A DNA stretch of 32,016 nt. Origin: a virus (taxonomy: Duplodnaviria; Heunggongvirae; Uroviricota; Caudoviricetes). The notes under the pieces are model-generated. The model was not told the DNA's origin. It saw only the letters and a list, made by a program, of their open reading frames with translations, and searched no databases. Positions 23,793 to 32,016 of this stretch are shown here, piece by piece. The position numbers and the translations under genes were made by a program. The stretch lies in the IMG/VR virus record IMGVR_UViG_2541047849_000007, one strand, 5' to 3'. Position 1 is the first letter of the stretch, and each line of letters begins with the position of its first letter.

Positions 23793-26744
23793 ATGTCGGG
23801 ACAGTTTTCAGTCGGCGTTGTTATCGGCGGGATGATTGGCAGCACATTCCGTTCTGCAATGAGCGGTACCCGCCGTGCGCTTGATTCCCTGAGCGATACC
23901 TCACGCCGCCTGCAGGAACGTCAGAACGCTTTAACCCGTGCAACAGAACGTTATGGTCAACTGGGCTCTTCCCGGATGCAGCATCTCAACAGCGAGCTGC
24001 TGCGGGTAAGCCGCACCATGGAGCAAATTGAGCGCCAGCAGCGCCGTCTGTCAGCGGCATCAGCCACCAGTGATGCGCTGAAAGCTAACCGCATGGCGCT
24101 GTATGGTCAGGGGATTGAAGCGTATGGCATGGCACAGACTGTTTATCATACGGTTTCCCCTGCCGTTCAGCAGTCCATGTCTTTTCAGGACAAAATGATT
24201 GATATGTCGATCACCGCAAAATATGACAATAAAACGCGGGATGCACTTGCCGGACAGATAAAAGGCTGGGCGCAAAAATACAATCAGTATCAGGATGAAC
24301 TGCAGGAGGCGGTGGGTTCGCTCATCAGCGACAATATTGATAACTTGTCAGATATCGGTTTTCTGATGCCGGATATTGCCCGCGCGGCAACGGCAACACG
24401 CACGTCATCTCAGGACTGGGCAAAAGTGGCCGCAGTCTGGCAAAACTCCCTGAAAGGTGCGGCCAGAGATTTTAGTGCCGTCCAGAATATTATGGCTTAT
24501 GCCGGTGACCAAGGGTCATTTGAAATCCCGGATCAGGTCAAGTGGATGCAGTCCCTGGCCCCAATGATGGCGGGTATTGCCAGTGGAAAAGAGGCTGTTG
24601 CTGAAATCGGGGCCAGTCTCCAGATAGCAAAAATCGGTGCGGGCTCCACCGACGAAGCAGCCAATAATTTTAAAAACTTTCTTACCAAAATTTTTGCCCG
24701 CGATACTCAGAAACAGTTTGCTGATCTGGGTATTGATTTGCAGGGTTCTGTTGCGAGTTATAAGGCTGCGGGGATCTCTCCGATTGAAGGGATGTTGAGT
24801 GTTATAGAACGTTACCTCAATGCCAAAAGCCCCGAAGCGCTGGCCGGCTTCAAATCCGCCATGAAAATAAAGAATGATACGGCAAGAGATGAGGCACTTC
24901 AGGCTCTGGCGAAAAACTTTGGTCTGGGCGATATGTTCGCGGATATGCAGGTCATGGCATTTATCCGCCCGATGCTGGCCAACATGGACAGATATCGCGA
25001 GATCCGTGCCGGTGCTCTCAGGGCTGCGGATAACGATTTGCTTGCCAGTGCTTACGATCAGCGGCTGAAATCTCCCCTTGAAGCCACTAAAGCGCTTATG
25101 GTCAGCAGTCGCGATCTGGCTATTACGCTGGGCGATCAGCTCGCCCCCTCTTTTATTTCTCTGACTCAGGAGCTGATCCCACTCATTCAGGGGGCAAAAC
25201 ACTGGGTGGCGACTCACCCGCAATTTGTCAGTGGGGCTTTTAAGCTCATCAGTGCGCTCCTTGCGATTAAGATAGCGACTGTTGGTCTCAAACTGGGGCT
25301 GAATCTCCTTATTTCCCCCTTTGTGAACGTCTGGAAAACTGCTGTTTTACTCCGGACCAACTGGCATCGACTGACTACCGCACTAGGAGAAGGTGGCAAA
25401 TTACGCTGGCTTGTCACTGGATTTAGCCGACTGACCAGCGGAGGACTGAAACTCAGCAAAGTTCTGGCGGGCAGCCTCGTTCGCGGTTTTATGAGCGCTG
25501 CACGTGCCGTTCTCTGGATTGGGCGAGCGCTGATGATGAATCCCATCGGTCTCGTTATCACCGCTGTCGCGGCAGCAGCTTACCTTATCTACCGCAACTG
25601 GGGGACAGTCAGTGGCTGGTTTAAACAGCGCTGGGCTGACATTCAGGAAGCCTTTAACGGCGGTATCGCGGGAACTGGTAAGCTGCTGATTAACTGGTCG
25701 CCGGCAGGGCTGCTCTATAAAGCCTTTGCGGCTGCGCTGAAATATTTCGGCGTTGCTCTGCCGGCAAAGTTCACCGACTTCGGTGGCCATCTTGTCGACG
25801 GTCTGATTAACGGTATCAAAAACAAATGGGGGTCGCTCAAATCCAGTGTAACCGGAATGGGTGACAGCATCAGTAGCTGGTTTAAACAGTGCTGGTCTGA
25901 CATTCAGGAGGCCTTTAACGGCGGTATCGCGGGAACTGGTAAGCTGCTGATTAACTGGTCGCCGGCAGGTCTGCTCTATAAAGCCTTTGCAGCTGCGCTG
26001 AAATATCTTGGTGTTGATCTGCCGGCAAAGTTCACCGACTTCGGTGGCCATCTTGTCGACGGTCTGATTAACGGTATCAAAAACAAATGGGAGTCGCTCA
26101 AATCCAGTGTAACCGGAATGGGTGACAGCATCAGTGGCTGGTTCAGTGAAAAGCTGGGTATTCATTCGCCGAGCCGCGTGTTTATGGGCTTTGGTGACAA
26201 TATCGCGCAGGGGGCCGCCATTGGCCTGCAGCGGAGCACTCCGATTGCAGCTCTGGCCGGGCAGCGAATGGCCAGTGAACTGCTCCCCAGAATGCCCGTG
26301 AGCATTCAGGGGCCAGAAATACGGGATAACACTTCAGGTGTTCGCTTCAGTATGCCGTTGCCCGATATCAACGGGTTTATGTCGTCTGCTAAAAATGCGA
26401 TCGGATCCGTAATCAATAGTTTGTCTTCCATGCCCGCTATTCCGATCTCCACCCGGGCATCGACTTTACCAGGTCAACGTCTGGCAAATGAGATGACACC
26501 GGATGTTCCCCGTATCCCCTCGCCTGAAATCCTGGCTGCCGGATATTCAGGCCGTGGTGCAGCTGCAACCGGCGGTGGAACGTCTGGTGGTATCCAGGTC
26601 AGCTTTAATCCTCAGTTTTTCCTCAATGGCAGGGAAACCACAGCGCCTGCAGGACTGACTGGTGCCCTGAATATGAGTCTGCATGAGCTGGAAAAAATGC
26701 TGGAGCGTCTGCTGGCTCAGAAACAACGTAAGGAGTACCGCTGA
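23793..26744 (+). CDS. Tail tape measure protein
   Basis: 983 aa, mostly helical with Gly-rich segments, downstream of the chaperone pair. Contains an internal 87-aa tandem duplication. Confidence 0.85.
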   Translation: MSGQFSVGVVIGGMIGSTFRSAMSGTRRALDSLSDTSRRLQERQNALTRATERYGQLGSSRMQHLNSELLRVSRTMEQIERQQRRLSAASATSDALKANRMALYGQGIEAYGMAQTVYHTVSPAVQQSMSFQDKMIDMSITAKYDNKTRDALAGQIKGWAQKYNQYQDELQEAVGSLISDNIDNLSDIGFLMPDIARAATATRTSSQDWAKVAAVWQNSLKGAARDFSAVQNIMAYAGDQGSFEIPDQVKWMQSLAPMMAGIASGKEAVAEIGASLQIAKIGAGSTDEAANNFKNFLTKIFARDTQKQFADLGIDLQGSVASYKAAGISPIEGMLSVIERYLNAKSPEALAGFKSAMKIKNDTARDEALQALAKNFGLGDMFADMQVMAFIRPMLANMDRYREIRAGALRAADNDLLASAYDQRLKSPLEATKALMVSSRDLAITLGDQLAPSFISLTQELIPLIQGAKHWVATHPQFVSGAFKLISALLAIKIATVGLKLGLNLLISPFVNVWKTAVLLRTNWHRLTTALGEGGKLRWLVTGFSRLTSGGLKLSKVLAGSLVRGFMSAARAVLWIGRALMMNPIGLVITAVAAAAYLIYRNWGTVSGWFKQRWADIQEAFNGGIAGTGKLLINWSPAGLLYKAFAAALKYFGVALPAKFTDFGGHLVDGLINGIKNKWGSLKSSVTGMGDSISSWFKQCWSDIQEAFNGGIAGTGKLLINWSPAGLLYKAFAAALKYLGVDLPAKFTDFGGHLVDGLINGIKNKWESLKSSVTGMGDSISGWFSEKLGIHSPSRVFMGFGDNIAQGAAIGLQRSTPIAALAGQRMASELLPRMPVSIQGPEIRDNTSGVRFSMPLPDINGFMSSAKNAIGSVINSLSSMPAIPISTRASTLPGQRLANEMTPDVPRIPSPEILAAGYSGRGAAATGGGTSGGIQVSFNPQFFLNGRETTAPAGLTGALNMSLHELEKMLERLLAQKQRKEYR
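25617..26140 (+). repeat. Tandem duplication (2 x 261 bp, about 96% identical) inside the tape measure gene
   Basis: Unit beginning TGGTTTAAACAG recurs 261 bp later. The protein repeat is WFKQ(R/C)W(A/S)DIQEAFNGGIAGTGKLLINWSPAGLLYKAFAAALKY ... FTDFGGHLVDGLINGIKNKW(G/E)SLKSSVTGMGDSIS. Confidence 0.85.
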
Positions 26745-27628
26745 TGTTTGCCGTACTGGGTGATATTGAGTTTGATCTGATTACCTACTGGGACGGCTTC
26801 GAGGCCACGTTCGGCGTCGATTATGCGGAGCATGCCCGCATCGGGGGTAAGCCTGGCCTGCAGTTCGTCGGCGACAGGCTGGACGAAATCCAGATAAGTC
26901 TGGTCTTCCATCAGCATTATTGTGCACCCGATGTGGAGCTGGCGAGACTGCGAACAACCATGAAAGCCCATCAGGCACTGGCGCTGGTCTTCGGCAACGG
27001 TGACTATCGTGGCTGGTTCGTGATTACCGATGTGACCGCAACCAGCGAGCAGACAGACAGCACCGGTAACGTGCTGGCTGTCAGTGCCACCGTGTCTCTC
27101 CGGGAATACACCGGTGATCCGAAAAATCCTCTGCAACCACCGGCAATACGCACGAAGCTCCCGGGTGTCGGGGCGGTCTCCGGTGCCATTCCTTCACCTT
27201 CAGGGGTGGCGCAGTTCATCCGCAACGGCGTCAACTATGCGAAACAGGCGCAGTCTGTACTCCAGACCACTATCAGCGCCGTTCGGGTGACACAGAAAAT
27301 GAAGGATAACCCCGTTGTCGCACTGACCCGTGTGCCGGGGCTGATGAGCGGACTGGGTAATATCTCCGGGGCTCTGGGGAAAAGTGTTCCGGCGTTTAAC
27401 GCACTCTCTGAATCCATGCCCGATGCCATCAGTCTGGCCAGAACAGCCAGCGAAGCAGCCACGTATGTACAGCAGGCACAGTCTGCGCTGAGTGGTGTGG
27501 ACAAAAGAAATATTGCAGGTGCTCTGGATACCGTTTCCGGGCAGCTTAACGCCGCCAGCACAGCATTCAACCGCATGTCTCCGGGATTAAGTGCAATGGC
27601 CGCCAGAATACTGACGAGGAGTGTGTGA
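26744..27628 (+). CDS. Tail protein (P2 gpU / Mu N DNA-circulation family)
   Basis: 294 aa directly after the tape measure gene (1-nt overlap TGATG). N-terminus MFAVLGDIEF ... is gpU-like. Confidence 0.55.
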   Translation: MFAVLGDIEFDLITYWDGFEATFGVDYAEHARIGGKPGLQFVGDRLDEIQISLVFHQHYCAPDVELARLRTTMKAHQALALVFGNGDYRGWFVITDVTATSEQTDSTGNVLAVSATVSLREYTGDPKNPLQPPAIRTKLPGVGAVSGAIPSPSGVAQFIRNGVNYAKQAQSVLQTTISAVRVTQKMKDNPVVALTRVPGLMSGLGNISGALGKSVPAFNALSESMPDAISLARTASEAATYVQQAQSALSGVDKRNIAGALDTVSGQLNAASTAFNRMSPGLSAMAARILTRSV

Positions 27629-27840
27629 TGTTTCTTGAACATGTTACCCGTGACGGAGAGCGCTGGGATTCGCTGGCATGGCAGTACTACGGTGACCCGC
27701 TGGGCTATCCCCGGATTATTGCCGCCAATCCGCACGTGGCCATCACGCCGGTGCTGCCCTCCGGGCTGTTGTTACTGATCCCGGTGATTGAGGCTGAAGA
27801 AGCCCGTACAGAAGAGGATATTGCCCCATGGCTGAGATAA
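27628..27840 (+). CDS. Tail protein X (P2 gpX-like)
   Basis: About 70 aa from ATG 27628. Size and position between the gpU-like and gpD-like genes fit P2 X. Confidence 0.55.
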   Translation: MFLEHVTRDGERWDSLAWQYYGDPLGYPRIIAANPHVAITPVLPSGLLLLIPVIEAEEARTEEDIAPWLR

Positions 27841-28982
27841 ACAGCACTGCGCAAGTCACATCAGCGTTAACCAGCGTCAGCGATGTGCTGACACCGGTGT
27901 TCACTCTGTGGTATCTGCAGAAAAACATCACCTCTGATATCGCGCCTTATGTCACCCGTGTGACCTGGAGCGATAACATCAAAAATGAGTCCGATACCAT
28001 TGAGGTGGAGCTGGACGACACCGATGGCCGCTGGCTGGATAAGTGGTATCCGGGCAAGGGTGACACGCTGACGCTGAAAATGGGCTATCAGGGCGAGAAG
28101 CTGCTGTCCTGCGGTACGTTCTCTATAGACGAGATCGAAGTGAGTTCGCCCGCTTCCGTTGTTTCTATCCGTGGGGTGGCCACCTCGGTTAACAGTGCTC
28201 TGCGGACTAAAACCAGTCGTGGTTTTGAGAACACCACGCTGGCAGCTGTTGCGGGGCGGATTGCCAGAAAGCACCGACTGAAACTGGTGGGCAGCATTGA
28301 GTCCATCAGAATCGACCGGGTGACCCAGTATGCTGAAACCGACGTGGGTTTTCTGCGCCGGCTGGCCAGCGAGTATGGTTATGCAGTGAAAGTGGTCAGT
28401 GACCAGCTGATTTTTTCTCATCTGGCCACACTGCGCAGTCAGGAGCCGGTCAGGCAGTTAAAACCGCAGGATGTGGCCCGCTTTTCCCTGCGTGACACCA
28501 TCAACCGGGTCTATAAATCTGCAAAGGTAAAACACCAGAAAAGCAGCAGTAAAAAACTGATCGTCTACGAAGCTGATGGTGGTACCCGTGAAAGCGACAA
28601 AAAGCTCAAAGGTGGTAAGGTTACCAGCGCTGACTCACTTAAAGTTAACAGCCGCGTCAGCGACCCGGACAGTGCCCGGATTAAAGCGGATTCAGCACTG
28701 GCCAGACATAACGAATACCAGCAGAACGGCTCCCTGACGCTGACGGGAACACCTCAACTGACAGCAGGCAACAAAATTGAACTGGTGGGTTTTGGGCAGT
28801 TATCCGGGCCATGGCTCATAACCACTGCCCGCCATGCGTTTGACCGTAACAGCGGCTACACCACAGAGCTGGAAGTGGCACGGGGGCCAGTCACAAGAGG
28901 GAAAAAACAAAAAACTCAGAAACTCACGGTTTATCACCCGGATGGCAGTACATCGACGGTGATTAAGGAGAAGAAAAAATGA
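27828..28982 (+). CDS. Late control D-like tail/baseplate hub protein (P2 gpD / Mu P)
   Basis: 384 aa; size and order match P2 gpD. Confidence 0.75.
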   Translation: MAEINSTAQVTSALTSVSDVLTPVFTLWYLQKNITSDIAPYVTRVTWSDNIKNESDTIEVELDDTDGRWLDKWYPGKGDTLTLKMGYQGEKLLSCGTFSIDEIEVSSPASVVSIRGVATSVNSALRTKTSRGFENTTLAAVAGRIARKHRLKLVGSIESIRIDRVTQYAETDVGFLRRLASEYGYAVKVVSDQLIFSHLATLRSQEPVRQLKPQDVARFSLRDTINRVYKSAKVKHQKSSSKKLIVYEADGGTRESDKKLKGGKVTSADSLKVNSRVSDPDSARIKADSALARHNEYQQNGSLTLTGTPQLTAGNKIELVGFGQLSGPWLITTARHAFDRNSGYTTELEVARGPVTRGKKQKTQKLTVYHPDGSTSTVIKEKKK

Positions 28983-29575
28983 CTGGTGTCACTCGTCAGG
29001 TCGGTACGGTCAGTGCCGTTGATGCCGACAGGGTTCAGGCCCGCGTTCGTCTGCCTGAATGCGATAACCTGCGCACAAACTGGCTTAACGTGCTGCAGCG
29101 CAATACCCAGGATAACAAAGATTACTGGCTCCCTGACGTGGGGGAGCAGGTTGAGGTGCTGCTCGATGCCAACGGCGAGGATGGTGTTATTCTGGGCGCG
29201 GTGTATTCAGACGTCGATAAACCACCGTTCAGTGACAAAAATATCCGGGGAACCCGGTTTGCTGATGGTGCAGAGTACAGCTACAACCGGAAGACGCACA
29301 CTCTGACCATCCGGGGCGGCATTGAGCATATTGTCATTGAGTGTGGTGCTGATGTGGTATTGAAAACACAGAAAGCCACGATTGACGCACCGGAAACCGA
29401 ACTTACCGGAGATCTGCGTGTCAGGGGAAAGCTGATTTACGAAGGAGGCATGGCGGGTTCTGGTGGTAAAGGTGTTACCGCGACCATCCATGGCAATATC
29501 GAGATTAAAGGGAATGCCCATGCCACGGGCAGTATGCTGTCTGATGGCGAAAACTCCAGCCACCACTCCCACTGA
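28979..29575 (+). CDS. Baseplate assembly protein V / spike (P2 gpV-like)
   Basis: 198 aa with a strong RBS (AAGGAG). Gly-rich C-terminus ending in a His-rich tip (SSHHSH), as seen in spike proteins. Confidence 0.7.
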   Translation: MTGVTRQVGTVSAVDADRVQARVRLPECDNLRTNWLNVLQRNTQDNKDYWLPDVGEQVEVLLDANGEDGVILGAVYSDVDKPPFSDKNIRGTRFADGAEYSYNRKTHTLTIRGGIEHIVIECGADVVLKTQKATIDAPETELTGDLRVRGKLIYEGGMAGSGGKGVTATIHGNIEIKGNAHATGSMLSDGENSSHHSH

Positions 29576-29576
29576 G

Positions 29577-29598
29577 CTTCTTAAACGCCTTTAATATC
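29577..29598 (+). promoter_or_regulatory. Candidate late promoter motif, copy 4 (upstream of baseplate W)
   Basis: CTTCTTAA-acgc-CTTTAATATC immediately after the V stop and about 31 nt upstream of ATG 29630. Confidence 0.45.
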
Positions 29599-29629
29599 AG
29601 CGTTCCCGCACGGGGGCAATACTGCCCCC

Positions 29630-29977
29630 ATGAAAACGACCTCAGTATTCTGGCAACCAGCCCTGCAGGCTCCCGGCGAAATTGTCCGGGGGCTGGATGA
29701 TATCCGGCAGGCGATTCAAATTATCCTGCGGACTCCCCGCGGCAGCGACCCGCATCGCCCGGAGTTCGGCAGCAATCTGCATCTTTATATCGACTGGCCT
29801 GTAGACCGGGCCATTCCGCATGTGGTGCGCGAATCCGTCGATGCCATCCGGCGCTGGGAGCCCCGCTGCCAGCTTATGTCAGTTAAACCCGCCGTCGACG
29901 GCGAACATCTTACGCTCCGGGTGAGCTGGAAAGGCTCAGACGGACAGACCCGGACTCAGGAGCTGCTATGGCGCTGA
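29630..29977 (+). CDS. Baseplate protein W (P2 gpW / GPW_gp25 family)
   Basis: 115 aa. The GLDDIRQAIQIILRTPRGSDPHRPEFGS region aligns to the conserved gpW core as I remember it. Confidence 0.8.
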   Translation: MKTTSVFWQPALQAPGEIVRGLDDIRQAIQIILRTPRGSDPHRPEFGSNLHLYIDWPVDRAIPHVVRESVDAIRRWEPRCQLMSVKPAVDGEHLTLRVSWKGSDGQTRTQELLWR

Positions 29978-31071
29978 CAGAACCCGATTTTATTGAACGC
30001 GATGCCGACAAAATCACGGCAGAAATGATTGCGAAGTATGAAGCGGATACCGGCAAAACGCTGTACCCGGCACAGGCAGAACGTCTGCTGATTGATCTGT
30101 GGGCCTATCGCGAAATGCTGGTCAGGGTTGCGGTACAGGAGGCAGCAAAGCAGAATCTGGTCGCCTTTGCCCGTGAGCCGATGATTGATTACCTCGGTGA
30201 ACTGGTCGGTGTATACCGTCTTGCCGCGCAGCCTGCCACCACCACGCTCCAGTTCTCCGTAGATGAGGCACTGGCCATTGATGTGCTGATCCCGGCAGGC
30301 ACCCGCGTCAGCGCTTCCGACAGCGTTATTTTTGCCACCGATACAGATGTGGTACTGAAGGCCGGATTGCTGCTGGTCAATGTCACGTCCACCTGTACCG
30401 AACCCGGTACCGCTGGTAACGGCTGGCAACCTGCGCAGGTCAGTCAGTTACTCGATGAGATTGATAACGTCGACCTGCTGGTGAGCAATCTGACGGCCAG
30501 TTCCGGCGGTTCAGAACAGGAAGACGATGACAGGCTCCGGGAGCGTATCAGGCTGGCCCCGGAGTCATTCACCAATGCCGGAAGCCGTGGCGCATACCGC
30601 TTTCATGCCATGCAGGCCCATCCCAACATTGTCGATGTTGCTGTGCTTTCCCCGGTTCCCGGGACCGTAGATCTGTATCCGCTGCTCAGTACCGGTCTGC
30701 CGGACGGCGGTGTTCTCACGCTGGTAGAGAGTTTCTGCTCTGATGAGAAAGTCAGGCCACTCACTGATACAGTGCGGGCTAAAACACCAGTGAAGGTGGA
30801 TTACACCATTGAAGCCAGGATTACGATCTATCGTGATCAGGATGCCAGGTCTGTAAAAGATGCCGCTAACAGCGCCATACAGAACTGGGTGGCATCACGT
30901 GCCGCCACGCTGGGGCGTGATATTGTCCCCAGCCAGATTATCAGTGCATTGTCCGTTTCCGGGGTGTACCAGGTTGAACTGGTGACACCGGCACTGCGGG
31001 TGGTGGCAGAAAACGAATGGGCAAACTGTACGGCAATCACTCTTAACATGAGTGGAGTGTCTGATGACTGA
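29968..31071 (+). CDS. Baseplate protein J (P2 gpJ-like)
   Basis: 367 aa following W with overlapping start (AGGAG RBS). Confidence 0.8.
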   Translation: MALTEPDFIERDADKITAEMIAKYEADTGKTLYPAQAERLLIDLWAYREMLVRVAVQEAAKQNLVAFAREPMIDYLGELVGVYRLAAQPATTTLQFSVDEALAIDVLIPAGTRVSASDSVIFATDTDVVLKAGLLLVNVTSTCTEPGTAGNGWQPAQVSQLLDEIDNVDLLVSNLTASSGGSEQEDDDRLRERIRLAPESFTNAGSRGAYRFHAMQAHPNIVDVAVLSPVPGTVDLYPLLSTGLPDGGVLTLVESFCSDEKVRPLTDTVRAKTPVKVDYTIEARITIYRDQDARSVKDAANSAIQNWVASRAATLGRDIVPSQIISALSVSGVYQVELVTPALRVVAENEWANCTAITLNMSGVSDD

Positions 31072-31642
31072 GCCATTACAACTCCCGCCACCGCTTGAGG
31101 GTGATATCAGTCTCAGGACGCTGGGAAGACTGGCAGGACGGCTGGATAACATCGACCTGAGCGTACTGATGGTCTTTCTCGTCGATATCGTCGACAGTTC
31201 CGCGCTGCCATGGCTGGGCGAGCAGTTCTCACTGTCTGGCGATGGCTGGGAGCTGGCGGAATCGGACGATGTTCGCCGCATGCTTATAAAAGCAGCCATC
31301 GAACTGCACCGGTATAAAGGGACGCCGTGGTCAATCCGGGAAGTTATCCGCCGTTTTGGCTTTGGTGAAGTGGATCTGATTGAAGGCACAGGTCGTCTCA
31401 GTTACGACGGCAATCGCAGCTATAACGGACTGTTTGTTCATGGAGATGCAGCCGCCTGGGCAGTTTATCGCGTTATTCTGAAACAGCCCATTACTAACGA
31501 TCAGGCCGCGATGCTGCGTCAGACGCTGGCTGCATTTGCACCGGCCCGCTGCCATCTGGCCAGCCTGGAGTATCAGTCTGTGGCCATTCGCTATAACAAT
31601 ACCGCCATCCATGATGGCAGTTATAACCACGGGAGCAGTTGA
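31064..31642 (+). CDS. Tail/baseplate protein (P2 gpI-like)
   Basis: ATG 31064 overlaps the J stop (ATGACTGA). About 192 aa. Position between J and the tail fibre gene. Confidence 0.6.
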   Translation: MTEPLQLPPPLEGDISLRTLGRLAGRLDNIDLSVLMVFLVDIVDSSALPWLGEQFSLSGDGWELAESDDVRRMLIKAAIELHRYKGTPWSIREVIRRFGFGEVDLIEGTGRLSYDGNRSYNGLFVHGDAAAWAVYRVILKQPITNDQAAMLRQTLAAFAPARCHLASLEYQSVAIRYNNTAIHDGSYNHGSS

Positions 31643-31645
31643 TTA

Positions 31646-32016
31646 TGGGAAACCTGAATGAAACAGAAAAGTGGGAAGAAAATATCTATCAACTGGAGAC
31701 ATCAGATCCGGTTCTGGGTGGTGCAGACGGGATATCAAATCGAGCCCCCCGGCAACTGGCAAACAGGACGAAATGGCTGAAGAAGAAAACGGAGGAAGCC
31801 GCACAGTCACTGGCTGAACACGTACGTTCCCGTAACCACCCGGACGCGACACTGACAGCTAAGGGGTTCACCCAACTGAGCAGTGCCACCAACAGCACCT
31901 CTGAAACGCTGGCCGCCACACCAAAAGCGGTCAAGGCTGCATACGACCTGGCAGCCGGCAAGGCGCCTGCCAGCCACACTCACCCGTGGAGTCAGATAAC
32001 GGGAGTGCCTGCGGCT
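31646..32016 (+). CDS. Tail fibre protein, N-terminal part (3' end beyond window)
   Basis: ATG 31646; the frame stays open to the window end. Contains the conserved tail-fibre N-terminal motif FTQLSSATNSTSETLAATPKAVKAAYDLA, as in lambda Stf and P2 H. Not in the ORF track because it has no stop in the window. Confidence 0.7.

Noticed and set aside
25617-26140. Possible CRISPR array
   Set aside because: Only two long (261 bp) copies, directly adjacent, in-frame and inside a structural gene, with no short repeat-spacer periodicity. A coding tandem duplication, not CRISPR.
25401-26165. 254-aa minus-strand ORF with internal repeats
   Set aside because: It is the reverse-strand shadow of the tape measure tandem duplication. 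The repeat is explained by the sense-strand gene.
1-32016. Prophage ends, att sites, tRNA or rRNA genes
   Set aside because: No terminal TG...CA end repeats, target-site duplications or tRNA-like structures could be identified by eye. The ends of the element appear to lie outside the window.

Overview
This 32 kb window reads as the interior of a Mu-family transposable prophage from an enterobacterial-like genome; neither prophage end is in the window. Layout: (i) a leftward (minus-strand) early operon, 9355 down to 1, running ner-like -> winged-helix regulator -> two unknowns -> DDE transposase (A) -> AAA+ transposition ATPase (B) -> Gam-like -> a block of tightly coupled small ORFs (including a MazG-like and a Zn-ribbon protein) -> GemA-like -> Mor/C-family activator -> terminator -> membrane protein; (ii) a rightward XRE-type repressor (9456-9794) diverging from the early promoter; (iii) an accessory locus (9913-12011, minus strand) carrying a Dam-type N6-adenine methyltransferase, a 71-aa ORF and a kinase-like P-loop protein; (iv) a rightward late operon from 12357 to the window end: terminase small and large subunits, portal, Mu F/G/I-like head proteins, major capsid, sheath, tube, a tail chaperone with a recoding extension, tape measure, baseplate genes and the 5' part of a tail fibre gene. 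Early and late operons are divergent rather than collinear as in Mu, which from memory resembles BcepMu-like phages. No rRNA, tRNA or CRISPR array was seen. All protein calls rest on reading the translated ORFs against remembered family signatures; no database search was run. Coordinates for hairpins and motifs were counted by hand and may be off by 1-2 nt. Most interesting: a conserved ~22 bp motif at four late transcription-unit starts, a +1-frame tail chaperone extension, a 261 bp tandem duplication in the tape measure gene, the accessory locus, and a frame anomaly upstream of the small terminase gene.
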